Of a stretch of DNA of 64,000 bases, positions 56,085 through 64,000 are shown piece after piece (positions within the stretch are counted from its first letter, which is position 1; every line of letters starts with the position of its first letter). A program made the translations under genes and the position numbers. The notes under the pieces are model-generated. The model searched no databases and was not told where the DNA came from. It worked only from the letters and a program-made list of their open reading frames with translations. This stretch comes from Vicinamibacteria bacterium (lineage in GTDB: Bacteria > Acidobacteriota > Vicinamibacteria > Marinacidobacterales > Marinacidobacteraceae): contig OY729431.1 of NCBI GenBank assembly GCA_963422395.1, forward strand, positions 736,001 through 800,000. Reading direction: 5' to 3'.

Positions 56085-57451
56085 AAACCGCCGCCGGCGC
56101 CGCCCTCCTGCTCCTCGCCAGTGCCGGTGCCCCGGCCCAGGAGGGGGAGACCTGGGTCATCGAGAACGCCCGGATCCACACCCTGGTCGAGGGGGCTGCC
56201 CCCATCGAATCCGGGTCCATTCTCATCCGCGACGGGCGGATCGTAGAGATCGGCGAGCTGGCCGCCCCCGCCGGTGCGACGGTGATCGATGCCGCCGGGC
56301 TCGAGGTGTATCCGGGGATGATGGATTCGGTGAGCCAGCTCGGCCTCACCGAAATCGGCTCCATCAGTGCCACCGTGGATACCGCCGAGCTCGGCGAGAT
56401 GAACCCGCACCTCAGGGCGCGGACCGCGGTCCATCCGGCGAGCGAGCATCTGCCGGTGGCGCGCGCGAACGGCATCACCCATGCGGTGGTGGCGCCGGGC
56501 CGTCTCGGCGGTTTCGGCGGCGGCGGGTCCGGGATCAGCGGCCAGGCATCCATCGTCCATCTCGACGGCTGGACCGTCGAGGAGATGGATATCGAGCCGT
56601 CGGCGGGGATGGTGCTGCGCTGGCCGACCCACTCCACCCGTTCGTTCGACCCGGCGACCTTCCGGCCCCGGCGGCGCTCCTTCCGGGAGGCGAAAGAGGA
56701 CTACGACCGCGCAGTCGCCGAATTGACCGAGGTCTTCGATGCGGCCCGCCGCTACCAGGCGGGAGTCGAAGCGGCGGCCGCTGCCGAGGGCGGAGCCGGG
56801 GAGATCGAGCGGGACATCCGCCTCGAAGCGCTCGGGCCGGTGGTGGGCGGGGAGCTGCCGCTGCTGGTGGTCGCTCAGAGGGAGCGCGAGATCCGCCACG
56901 CGGTCGAGTTCACCCGGGAACAGGGGGTCCGGATGATCCTGCTCGGCGGCGACGAGGCCTGGAAAGTGAAGGAGCTCCTCGCCGATTCCGGGGTCTCGGT
57001 GATCCTGGGCCCGACGCAGCGGCTGCCCGAGGAGGAGGACGACCCCTACGACCGGCCGTTCACCACTCCCGGCGAGCTCCATGAAGCCGGCGTCGCCATC
57101 GCCTTCGCCAGCTTCGGGTCCGCGAACTCGCGGCTGCTCCCCTACGAGGCGGGACACGCAGTGGGCTACGGCCTGCCCCAGGAGGAAGCGATCCGGGCGA
57201 TCACGGTGACGCCGGCGCGGCTCTTCGGACTCGACGAGGACTTCGGGACGATCGAGGAGGGCAAGGTGGCGAACCTGATCGTGGTGGACGGCGATCCGCT
57301 CGAGATCCGCACCGAGGTCCGCGAGGTGTTCGTGAACGGCGTTCCGGTCTCGCTCGACAACCGGCACCTTCGCCTCTACCACAAGTACCGCGATCGGCCC
57401 CGGCCGGAGCCGCCGCCAGAGTCTCCTTCGGAACCCCCAGCGGAAGGCTGA
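56081..57451 (+). CDS. Secreted amidohydrolase-family protein lacking the HxH metal motif
   Basis: VYPGMMDSVSQLGLTEI, RANGIT, GKVANLIV; start overlaps the upstream stop. Confidence 0.82.
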   Translation: MKTAAGAALLLLASAGAPAQEGETWVIENARIHTLVEGAAPIESGSILIRDGRIVEIGELAAPAGATVIDAAGLEVYPGMMDSVSQLGLTEIGSISATVDTAELGEMNPHLRARTAVHPASEHLPVARANGITHAVVAPGRLGGFGGGGSGISGQASIVHLDGWTVEEMDIEPSAGMVLRWPTHSTRSFDPATFRPRRRSFREAKEDYDRAVAELTEVFDAARRYQAGVEAAAAAEGGAGEIERDIRLEALGPVVGGELPLLVVAQREREIRHAVEFTREQGVRMILLGGDEAWKVKELLADSGVSVILGPTQRLPEEEDDPYDRPFTTPGELHEAGVAIAFASFGSANSRLLPYEAGHAVGYGLPQEEAIRAITVTPARLFGLDEDFGTIEEGKVANLIVVDGDPLEIRTEVREVFVNGVPVSLDNRHLRLYHKYRDRPRPEPPPESPSEPPAEG

Positions 57452-57512
57452 CCCGCCGCCTTCGAGCGACTGCCGTCCGGGGCGCTCCTGAATTCAGCCC
57501 CGGGCTGCTGCG

Positions 57513-60500
57513 ATGGCGCTGACGAACCGGGGCCGTGTCGAGCAGGGGCTCGACCTGCTCCGCCGCGGGCTCGCGCCCTTCATCGATCGCGAACTCAACC
57601 GCGCTGTCCGCGCCGGCCGGCTCGGCAGCGACATCCGCCGCATCCTGGCCGAAAACTCGGAAGAGGCGAAAGCGCCGCTCGCCGACTGGGACGCCGCTGC
57701 CCTGCTCCGGGTCCTGTGGCAGCGGTGGAACGATGTCTTCCGAGAGACGCTCGGCGCGACGGAGCGGAGCCTGGTTTCCGAACTCCGGGGGCACCGGAAC
57801 CAGTGGGCGCACCAGAAACCGTTCTCCGGGGACGACGCCTACCGGGCGCTCGACTCGGCGTTCCGACTGCTGACTGCAGTCTCGGCCCCGGAAGCGCAGG
57901 CGATCGAACCGCTCAAGACGGATCTCCTCCGCGCCCGCTACGAGCAGGAGCGCCGGAACGCGGAGAAGTGCCAGCGCGCCGCCCCGATCGATGGGAAGCA
58001 GACCGCCGCTGCCGGGCTCGCTTCCTGGCGCGAGGTCATCAGTCCCCATGAGGATGTGGCCAGCGGGCGCTATCGACAGGCGGAGTTCGCCGCCGATCTC
58101 TGGCAGGTGTCCCGCGGCGAAGGCGCCGCCGAGTACCGCGACCCCAAGCGCTTCTTCCACCGCACCTTCCTCACCGAGAGCCTTCGGAGGCTGCTGCTCG
58201 GTGCGGTCCGGCGTCTCGGCGGCGCCGGCGGAGATCCGGTGGTGGCGCTCCAGACGAGCTTCGGCGGCGGCAAGACCCACTCGATGCTCGCTCTCTACCA
58301 CCTCTTCTCCGGCACTCCTGCGGGCGAGCTGGCGGGGGTGGACGCACTGCTCGCCGAGGCGGATCTTTCGCTCCCGGCGGGGGTACGGCGGGCGGTGCTC
58401 GTCGGGCACTGGCTGTCCCCTTCGAAACCGCAGGAGAAGCCCGACGGCGTGGCGCCGCGCACGCTCTGGGGCGAGCTCGCCTGGCAGCTCGGCGGCAAGA
58501 CCGCCTACGAGCGGATCCGCCGCGACGACGAGAACGCGACGAACCCCGGGGACGGGCTCGTCGAGCTGCTGCGCGAGTCCGGCCCCGCCCTGGTGCTGGT
58601 GGATGAATGGGTCGCCTACGCCCGTCAGCTGCGCGAGGACGCTCTTCCCGGTGGAACCTTCGAAACCCAGTTCAGCTTCGCCCAGACGCTCACCGAAGCG
58701 GCGAAACGGGTGGAGAACTGCCTGTTGGTGGTCGCGCTGCCGGCTTCCGACCGGCCTATCGACTCCAGCCGGCCCGGCGACGAAGAAGTGGGCGGCCTCA
58801 GCGGCCGGGAGGCGCTCTCGCGGCTCCAGCATGTGATCGGGCGGGTGGCCTCGCCCTGGCGCCCGGCCAGCTCCGAGGAGAGCTTCGCGATCGTGCGGCG
58901 CCGGCTGTTCGAATCGCTCCCGGGACACGCCTTCCAGAAGCGGAACCTCACCGCCCGCAGCCTCGCCGACTTCTACCGCTCGGAGAAGGGTCAGTTCCCG
59001 CCGAAGTGCCGCGAGGCCGACTACGAGAAGCGGATCCAGGCGGAGTACCCCATCCACCCGGAGGTCTTCGACCGCCTCTACGACGACTGGTCGGCGCTCG
59101 CCCGCTTCCAGCGGACCCGCGGCGTGCTCCGACTGATGGCGGCGGCCATCCACTCCCTCTGGGAGAGCGGCGACCAGAGCCCGCTCATCCTGCCCTCGAT
59201 GCTGCCGATCGACGATCCGCGGGTCCAGCCCGAGCTGACCCGCTATCTCACCGACAACTGGACCCCCATCCTCGAAAAGGATGTGGACGGACCGAATTCA
59301 CTGCCGCGTCGGATCGACAGCGAGTTCAAGGTGCTGGGAGCGAAGTGGGCCGCGCGGCGGGTGGCCCGCACCATCTTCCTCGGCTCCGCCCCCAAGGCGG
59401 GCGCCGTGCAGCGCGGGCTCGACGACCAGCGGGTGCGGTTGGGCTGCGCTCTTCCGGGGGACAACCCGGCGGTGTACGACGACGCGCTGCGGCGGCTCGC
59501 CGGCCGCGCCACCCATCTCTACCGGGAGGCGCCGCATTCCTGGTACGACACCCAGCCCACCGTCACCAAGCTGGCCGAGGAGCGCGCCGAGCAGCTGTCG
59601 CCGGACCTCGTGAGCGAGGAGGTCGCCCGCCGGGCGCGCCGCGCGCTCGGAGAACGCGGGCGGTTCGCCGCGGTACACTCGCTGCCCGCCTCTCCCGCCG
59701 AGGTGGCCGACCAGCGGGAGGCCCGGCTGGTGGCGCTCGGTGTGGAAGAGCCCCACCTCAGGAGCGAGAACAGTCCGGCGCAGCAGGCCGCCGCGGCGAT
59801 CCTGGAAAGCCGCGGCAGCCAGCCGCGCCAGTATCGGAACGCGCTTCTCTTCCTCTCCGCCGACGCCAAACGGGTGCCGGATCTCGAGGAGGCGGTGCGT
59901 GCCTTCCTCGCCTGGAAGTCCATCACTGCCGAACGGGAAACGCTGAACCTGAATGTCCAGCAGGCCCGTCAGGCGGAGAACGAGCTGGAGAGTGCCGATT
60001 CCACGGTAGCGGTCCGGCTGCCCGAGGTCTGGCGCTGGCTGCTCTGCCCGAATCAGGAGGAGCCGAGCGACGAGATCGTCTGGGAAGCGCTGGAGCTGCG
60101 CGCTTCGGGCGGCCTCGTCGAGCGGGCGGAAAAGCGGGCGGTGGATGCCGACTGGCTGCTCACCGGATTCGCGGGCTCGCTGTTGCGGCGCGAGCTCGAC
60201 CGGGTGCCGCTCTGGCGGGGCGAGCAGGTCCCGGTCCGCCAGCTCGCCGACGACTTCGCCCAGTACCTCTACCTGCCGCGGCTCGTTTCCCCCGAAGTGC
60301 TCGCCGGGGCGGTCCGCGATGGACTCGGCCTCCGCTGGGCCGAGACTTTCGCCTTCGCCGACGGTTACGACGAGGATCAGGACCGCTATCTCGGGCTGCG
60401 GGCCGGTCAGGCGGTTGTCGTTTCGGTGGAGACCGGCGGGCTGCTGGTGAAGCCCGAGCGGGCGCGGCGGCAGTTCGATGAGGAATCCGCCCCGACGCCG

Positions 60501-60815
60501 CCCTCCGAGGTTGCCGATCCGGCGGCTCCCTCCGATCCGGACTCGCCGGGAAGCTCCGGCCCCCGCGAGCCTCGGAAACCCGTGCGCCGCTACCACGGAA
60601 CCGTCCGCCTCGACCCGCTGCGAGTGGGTGCCGAAGCGGGCCGGATCGCCGAGGAAGTGATCGCACACCTCGCGGGGCCGGAGGGCGCTTCGGTCCGGGT
60701 GTCGCTGGAGATCGAGGCGGAGCAGGACACCGGATTCTCCGAGCGGGTGGTCCGCGCCGTCCGCGAGAACGCCACGGCGCTGCAGTTCGAATCGCACGAG
60801 TTCGAGACCGAATGA
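57513..60815 (+). CDS. Swt1-like HEPN + DUF499 AAA+ ATPase
   Basis: HEPN motif RNQWAH (Rx4H); SWREVISPH...EFAADL; Walker A TSFGGGKTHS; Walker B LVDEW; YPIHPE; FQRTRGVLRL. Confidence 0.88.
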   Translation: MALTNRGRVEQGLDLLRRGLAPFIDRELNRAVRAGRLGSDIRRILAENSEEAKAPLADWDAAALLRVLWQRWNDVFRETLGATERSLVSELRGHRNQWAHQKPFSGDDAYRALDSAFRLLTAVSAPEAQAIEPLKTDLLRARYEQERRNAEKCQRAAPIDGKQTAAAGLASWREVISPHEDVASGRYRQAEFAADLWQVSRGEGAAEYRDPKRFFHRTFLTESLRRLLLGAVRRLGGAGGDPVVALQTSFGGGKTHSMLALYHLFSGTPAGELAGVDALLAEADLSLPAGVRRAVLVGHWLSPSKPQEKPDGVAPRTLWGELAWQLGGKTAYERIRRDDENATNPGDGLVELLRESGPALVLVDEWVAYARQLREDALPGGTFETQFSFAQTLTEAAKRVENCLLVVALPASDRPIDSSRPGDEEVGGLSGREALSRLQHVIGRVASPWRPASSEESFAIVRRRLFESLPGHAFQKRNLTARSLADFYRSEKGQFPPKCREADYEKRIQAEYPIHPEVFDRLYDDWSALARFQRTRGVLRLMAAAIHSLWESGDQSPLILPSMLPIDDPRVQPELTRYLTDNWTPILEKDVDGPNSLPRRIDSEFKVLGAKWAARRVARTIFLGSAPKAGAVQRGLDDQRVRLGCALPGDNPAVYDDALRRLAGRATHLYREAPHSWYDTQPTVTKLAEERAEQLSPDLVSEEVARRARRALGERGRFAAVHSLPASPAEVADQREARLVALGVEEPHLRSENSPAQQAAAAILESRGSQPRQYRNALLFLSADAKRVPDLEEAVRAFLAWKSITAERETLNLNVQQARQAENELESADSTVAVRLPEVWRWLLCPNQEEPSDEIVWEALELRASGGLVERAEKRAVDADWLLTGFAGSLLRRELDRVPLWRGEQVPVRQLADDFAQYLYLPRLVSPEVLAGAVRDGLGLRWAETFAFADGYDEDQDRYLGLRAGQAVVVSVETGGLLVKPERARRQFDEESAPTPPSEVADPAAPSDPDSPGSSGPREPRKPVRRYHGTVRLDPLRVGAEAGRIAEEVIAHLAGPEGASVRVSLEIEAEQDTGFSERVVRAVRENATALQFESHEFETE

Positions 60816-60818
60816 AGC

Positions 60819-60859
60819 GCCGGCGCCGCGGGCTCCTCCCTCGGGTCGGCGGCGCCGGC
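60819..60859 (+). terminator. 11-bp perfect GC stem-loop after the DUF499 gene
   Basis: GCCGGCGCCGC (60819-60829) pairs with GCGGCGCCGGC (60849-60859); no U-tract. Confidence 0.35.
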
Positions 60860-60873
60860 TCGACCCCGGCGGA

Positions 60874-61096
60874 TTAGCAGCCTGTGGATGAAGTGGCGCG
60901 AGCCCCAAGAGCGGTCCAGTTCTCCCGGTGGGGGCGGCGCCCGGCTGGCAAGGCGCGTGAGGGAGGAATACCGGGAGTATTTCGACCGAAACGCAACGAT
61001 GAGCGCCGTGAAACGGGGCGGTTCAGCCGGGGCCCCCACCGGGAGAACCGGGCATCGCCGGCCTTTGGCCGTGTGACTTTGTTCACAGGCTGCTAA
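60874..61096. mobile_element. 223-bp non-coding MITE/REP-like element with nested inverted repeats
   Basis: Terminal IR TTAGCAGCCTGTG/CACAGGCTGCTAA; internal 17-bp perfect IR at 60919-60935/61032-61048; 7-bp IR at 60941-60947/61024-61030. Confidence 0.7.
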
Positions 61097-61102
61097 GGGC
61101 GC

Positions 61103-64000
61103 ATGAAGCTCGAGGAGCTGGCCCCCGGCGCGCGGGTCGGCGGGGTGGGCGCAGGGAGCGCGGTCACCGTGGTCTCCGTCGAGCACCACGGCGAAGGAGC
61201 GCTCACCCTCGTCTTCCGGGATGGCTCCGGAAGGCTCGCCGAGCGGATGCTCTTCCGCGAGGACGAGGCCGGGCTGGTCCCGATCGAAGAGGCGCGTGCC
61301 TGGGCTTTCGACGCCGACGGTGCGCTCTTCAAGCTCGCCTCCGAAGCCGAGCGGATCCGAAACGCCCCCCTGTTCGATCCGCTGCTCGCGGTCCAGACCT
61401 CGGATGTGGAGCCGCTGCCGCACCAGATCACCGCGGTGTACGAGACGATGCTGCCGCGCCAACCACTCCGTTTCCTGCTCGCCGACGACCCCGGCGCCGG
61501 GAAGACGATCATGGCGGGGCTCCTCATCAAGGAGCTGATCGCCCGGGGCGACGCCGCCCGCTGCCTCATCGTCTGCCCGGGCAACCTGGTCGAGCAGTGG
61601 CAGGACGAGCTCTCGAGCAAGTTCGGCCTCGACTTCGAGATCCTGACCCGCGACCGGCTGCAGACCGCAGCGAGCGGCAACTGGTTTCTGGAAACCCCGC
61701 GGGGCATCGCCCGCCTCGACATGCTCGCCCGCCGCGAGGAGATCCGGCCGCTGCTCGAAGCGCCGGACAGCGGCTACGACCTCGTGGTCTGCGACGAGGC
61801 CCACAAGATGTCGGCGCGTTCTTTCGGCGGGGAGGTGAAGTTCACGAAGCGCTACCGGCTCGGGGAACTGCTCGCGGCGCGCAGCCGCCACCTGCTGCTG
61901 CTCACCGCGACGCCCCACCGCGGCATCGAAGGCGACTACCGGCTCTTCCTCGCGCTGCTCGATCCGGATCGCTTCGAGGGGCGGATCCGCCAGAACGAGC
62001 GGCGCGCGGACGACTCGGACCTGATCCGGCGGGTGGTGAAGGAGGACCTGTTCCGGTTCGACGGGCGGCGGCTGTTCCCGTCCCGCTGCGCCTACACCGT
62101 CCCCTACCGGTTGAGCGCAGCGGAAATGCAGCTCTACCATGCGGTCACCGACTATGTGCGGGACGAGTTCAACCGCGCCGAAACCGCGGGGAGCCGGCAG
62201 CGCCGCACCGTCGGGTTCGCGCTCACCGTGCTCCAGCGCCGTCTCGCATCCTCGCCGGAAGCGATCCTCGTTTCGCTGCGCCGCCGGAGGAAGCGGCTCG
62301 AAAAGCGGCGCGCGGAGATGGAAGCGGCCCAACGGGGAGGACAGCAGGGAGGGCAACAGGGCGGGGGAGCCCGACCGCCGGAGCCGAGCTTCCGGACCGT
62401 GGAGGAGAGCTTCCCCTTCGATGATCTCGACGAGCTGCCCGAGGACGAAATCGCCCGTGCCGAGGCCGAGGTGCTCGACCAGGCGACCGCGGCGCGCACG
62501 ATCCCCGAGCTGACCGCCGAGCTCTCGACCCTCCGCCGGCTGGAGCGGCTCGCGCGGCAGGTGCGCCTAAGCGGCGAGGACGCCAAGTGGAGAGGGCTCC
62601 AGGGTGTCCTCGAACAGATATTCGGCGGGCCGGGGAGCTCGGCGAGCGGGGAGCCCCCGTTCGCCTTCGGCGCCGGCCCGATTCCCCCGCCGCAGTCCTC
62701 CCCGCACCACAAGCTCGTCCTCTTCACCGAGCACCGCGCCACCCTCGAATACCTGGAACAGCGTATAGGCGCCTGGACGGGGCGGCCCGCCGCGCTCGCA
62801 GTGATCCACGGCGGCCTCGGGCGGGAGCAGCGGCGGCTGGCGCAGGAGCGGTTCCTGAACGAACCGGAGGTCCGCTTGCTGCTCGCCACCGACGCCGCCG
62901 GCGAAGGGATCAACCTGCAGCGGGCGCACCTGATGGTGAACTACGACCTGCCCTGGAACCCCAACCGGATCGAGCAGCGTTTCGGGCGGATCCACCGGAT
63001 CGGGCAGACCGAGGTCTGCTACCTGTGGAACCTGGTCGCCAGCGGTACCCGCGAGGGTGATGTGTACGAGCGGCTGCTGCAAAAACTGGAGCAGGCGCGC
63101 GCCGCTCTCGGGGGGAAGGTGTTCGATGTGCTGGGGCGGCTCGAATTCGAAGGCCGCCCGCTGCGCGAGCTGCTTCTCGAAGCGATTCGGGAGGGCAACC
63201 GCCCCGAAATCCGAGCGAAGCTCGAGGAGGCGGTCGAGGGCGCGGTGGACGCCGAAAGTCTTCGCCACCTGATCGACGAGCAGGCGCTCGCCACCGAGGT
63301 CATGGAACCCGCCCGGCTCGCCCGGGTCCGCGAGGAGATGGAACGGGCGGCGGCTCATCGGCTGCAGCCCCACTTCATCGGAGCGTTCTTCCGGCTGGCG
63401 CTCACCGAGCTCGGCGGGACGATCCGGCAACGCGAGCCCGGCCGCTACCAGATCAGCCATGTTCCGGCTCGGGTGCGGGAGACGGTTCCCGAGCGGTTCG
63501 CCGGACGCCGTAAGCCGGTCGTGCGGAAATACGAGCGGGTCGTCTTCGACCGGCAGCGGGCGCGGGTCGCCGGCAAGCCGGACGGCGAGTTCGTCGCCCC
63601 CGGACACCCGCTGCTGGACGCGGTGGTCTGGCTCGTCGGGGAGCGCTGGGGCGGATTCCTTCCCCGGGGCGCGGTGCTGGTGGACGAAGGAGATCCGGGG
63701 ACGAAGCCGCGGGTGATCGCGTCGGTTTCGCACGCGGTGGAGGACGGGACGACGCTCCCCTCGGGAGCGCGGCGCGTGGTCAGCCGGAGGCTGCTCCATG
63801 TCGAGATCGGCGAGGACGGCTCGGTCCGGGAGTGCGGCTACGCTCCGTATCTGGATCTTCGGCCGCTCGATCCGGAGGAACCGTCCGCCGCCGAAGTGCT
63901 CGGCCGGCCCGAGTGCGCCTGGATCACTCCGGAGGTTGGGAACGCTGCTCGGAATTACGCGATCACCGAGCTCGTCCCGGCGCACCTCGGCGAGGTGCGC
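61103..64000 (+). CDS. SNF2/SWI2 superfamily-2 helicase of DUF499 systems; runs off the window end and is absent from the ORF track
   Basis: Hand translation: MKLEELAPG..., PLPHQITAVY, FLLADDPGAGKT, DEAHKM, LLTATPH, ATDAAGEGINLQ, EQRFGRIHRIGQ. Frame confirmed by position arithmetic at DEAH and QRFGR. Confidence 0.9.
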   Translation, partial: MKLEELAPGARVGGVGAGSAVTVVSVEHHGEGALTLVFRDGSGRLAERMLFREDEAGLVPIEEARAWAFDADGALFKLASEAERIRNAPLFDPLLAVQTSDVEPLPHQITAVYETMLPRQPLRFLLADDPGAGKTIMAGLLIKELIARGDAARCLIVCPGNLVEQWQDELSSKFGLDFEILTRDRLQTAASGNWFLETPRGIARLDMLARREEIRPLLEAPDSGYDLVVCDEAHKMSARSFGGEVKFTKRYRLGELLAARSRHLLLLTATPHRGIEGDYRLFLALLDPDRFEGRIRQNERRADDSDLIRRVVKEDLFRFDGRRLFPSRCAYTVPYRLSAAEMQLYHAVTDYVRDEFNRAETAGSRQRRTVGFALTVLQRRLASSPEAILVSLRRRRKRLEKRRAEMEAAQRGGQQGGQQGGGARPPEPSFRTVEESFPFDDLDELPEDEIARAEAEVLDQATAARTIPELTAELSTLRRLERLARQVRLSGEDAKWRGLQGVLEQIFGGPGSSASGEPPFAFGAGPIPPPQSSPHHKLVLFTEHRATLEYLEQRIGAWTGRPAALAVIHGGLGREQRRLAQERFLNEPEVRLLLATDAAGEGINLQRAHLMVNYDLPWNPNRIEQRFGRIHRIGQTEVCYLWNLVASGTREGDVYERLLQKLEQARAALGGKVFDVLGRLEFEGRPLRELLLEAIREGNRPEIRAKLEEAVEGAVDAESLRHLIDEQALATEVMEPARLARVREEMERAAAHRLQPHFIGAFFRLALTELGGTIRQREPGRYQISHVPARVRETVPERFAGRRKPVVRKYERVVFDRQRARVAGKPDGEFVAPGHPLLDAVVWLVGERWGGFLPRGAVLVDEGDPGTKPRVIASVSHAVEDGTTLPSGARRVVSRRLLHVEIGEDGSVRECGYAPYLDLRPLDPEEPSAAEVLGRPECAWITPEVGNAARNYAITELVPAHLGEVR

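Overview
This is a high-GC (about 70% by eye) bacterial window. The gene content (DUF1592/DUF1552/ankyrin operons, DUF1549-1553/DUF1501, an Oar-like TonB-dependent receptor, many secreted amidohydrolases) suggests an Acidobacteriota-like organism, but that is inference only. Family names come from motif recognition, not from a database search. The outstanding feature is a tandem duplication at about 11.9-26.9 kb (offset 6098 bp) of a cytochrome-c DUF1592 + Tat DUF1552 + ankyrin operon. The paralogues are mosaics. Essentially identical 'constant' tracts (12072-12644 and 13113-15882, plus the ankyrin 5' ends) alternate with divergent 'variable' windows. The constant tracts have a sharply bounded G/T-rich, C-poor composition unlike the rest of the window, and the first starts with a canonical G-quadruplex motif. 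A similarly skewed TonB-dependent receptor gene sits inside copy 2 between 13-bp direct repeats. Together these suggest an undescribed gene-conversion or cassette-diversification system, although an assembly artefact must be excluded. The rest of the window holds a DUF262 gene end, amino-acid uptake and catabolism genes, xth, a YhaO/YhaN (Mre11/Rad50-like) pair, a second cytochrome/Tat operon with a Tat-signal ICL/PEP-mutase-family enzyme, F420 genes (cofE, npdG), an HtrA protease, an Fe(III) ABC transporter with a Fur-like box, metG, pseudogene debris, three amidohydrolase-family genes, and a HEPN-DUF499 ATPase + SNF2 helicase defence locus interrupted by a 223-bp MITE-like palindromic element. 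No rRNA, tRNA or CRISPR array was seen.
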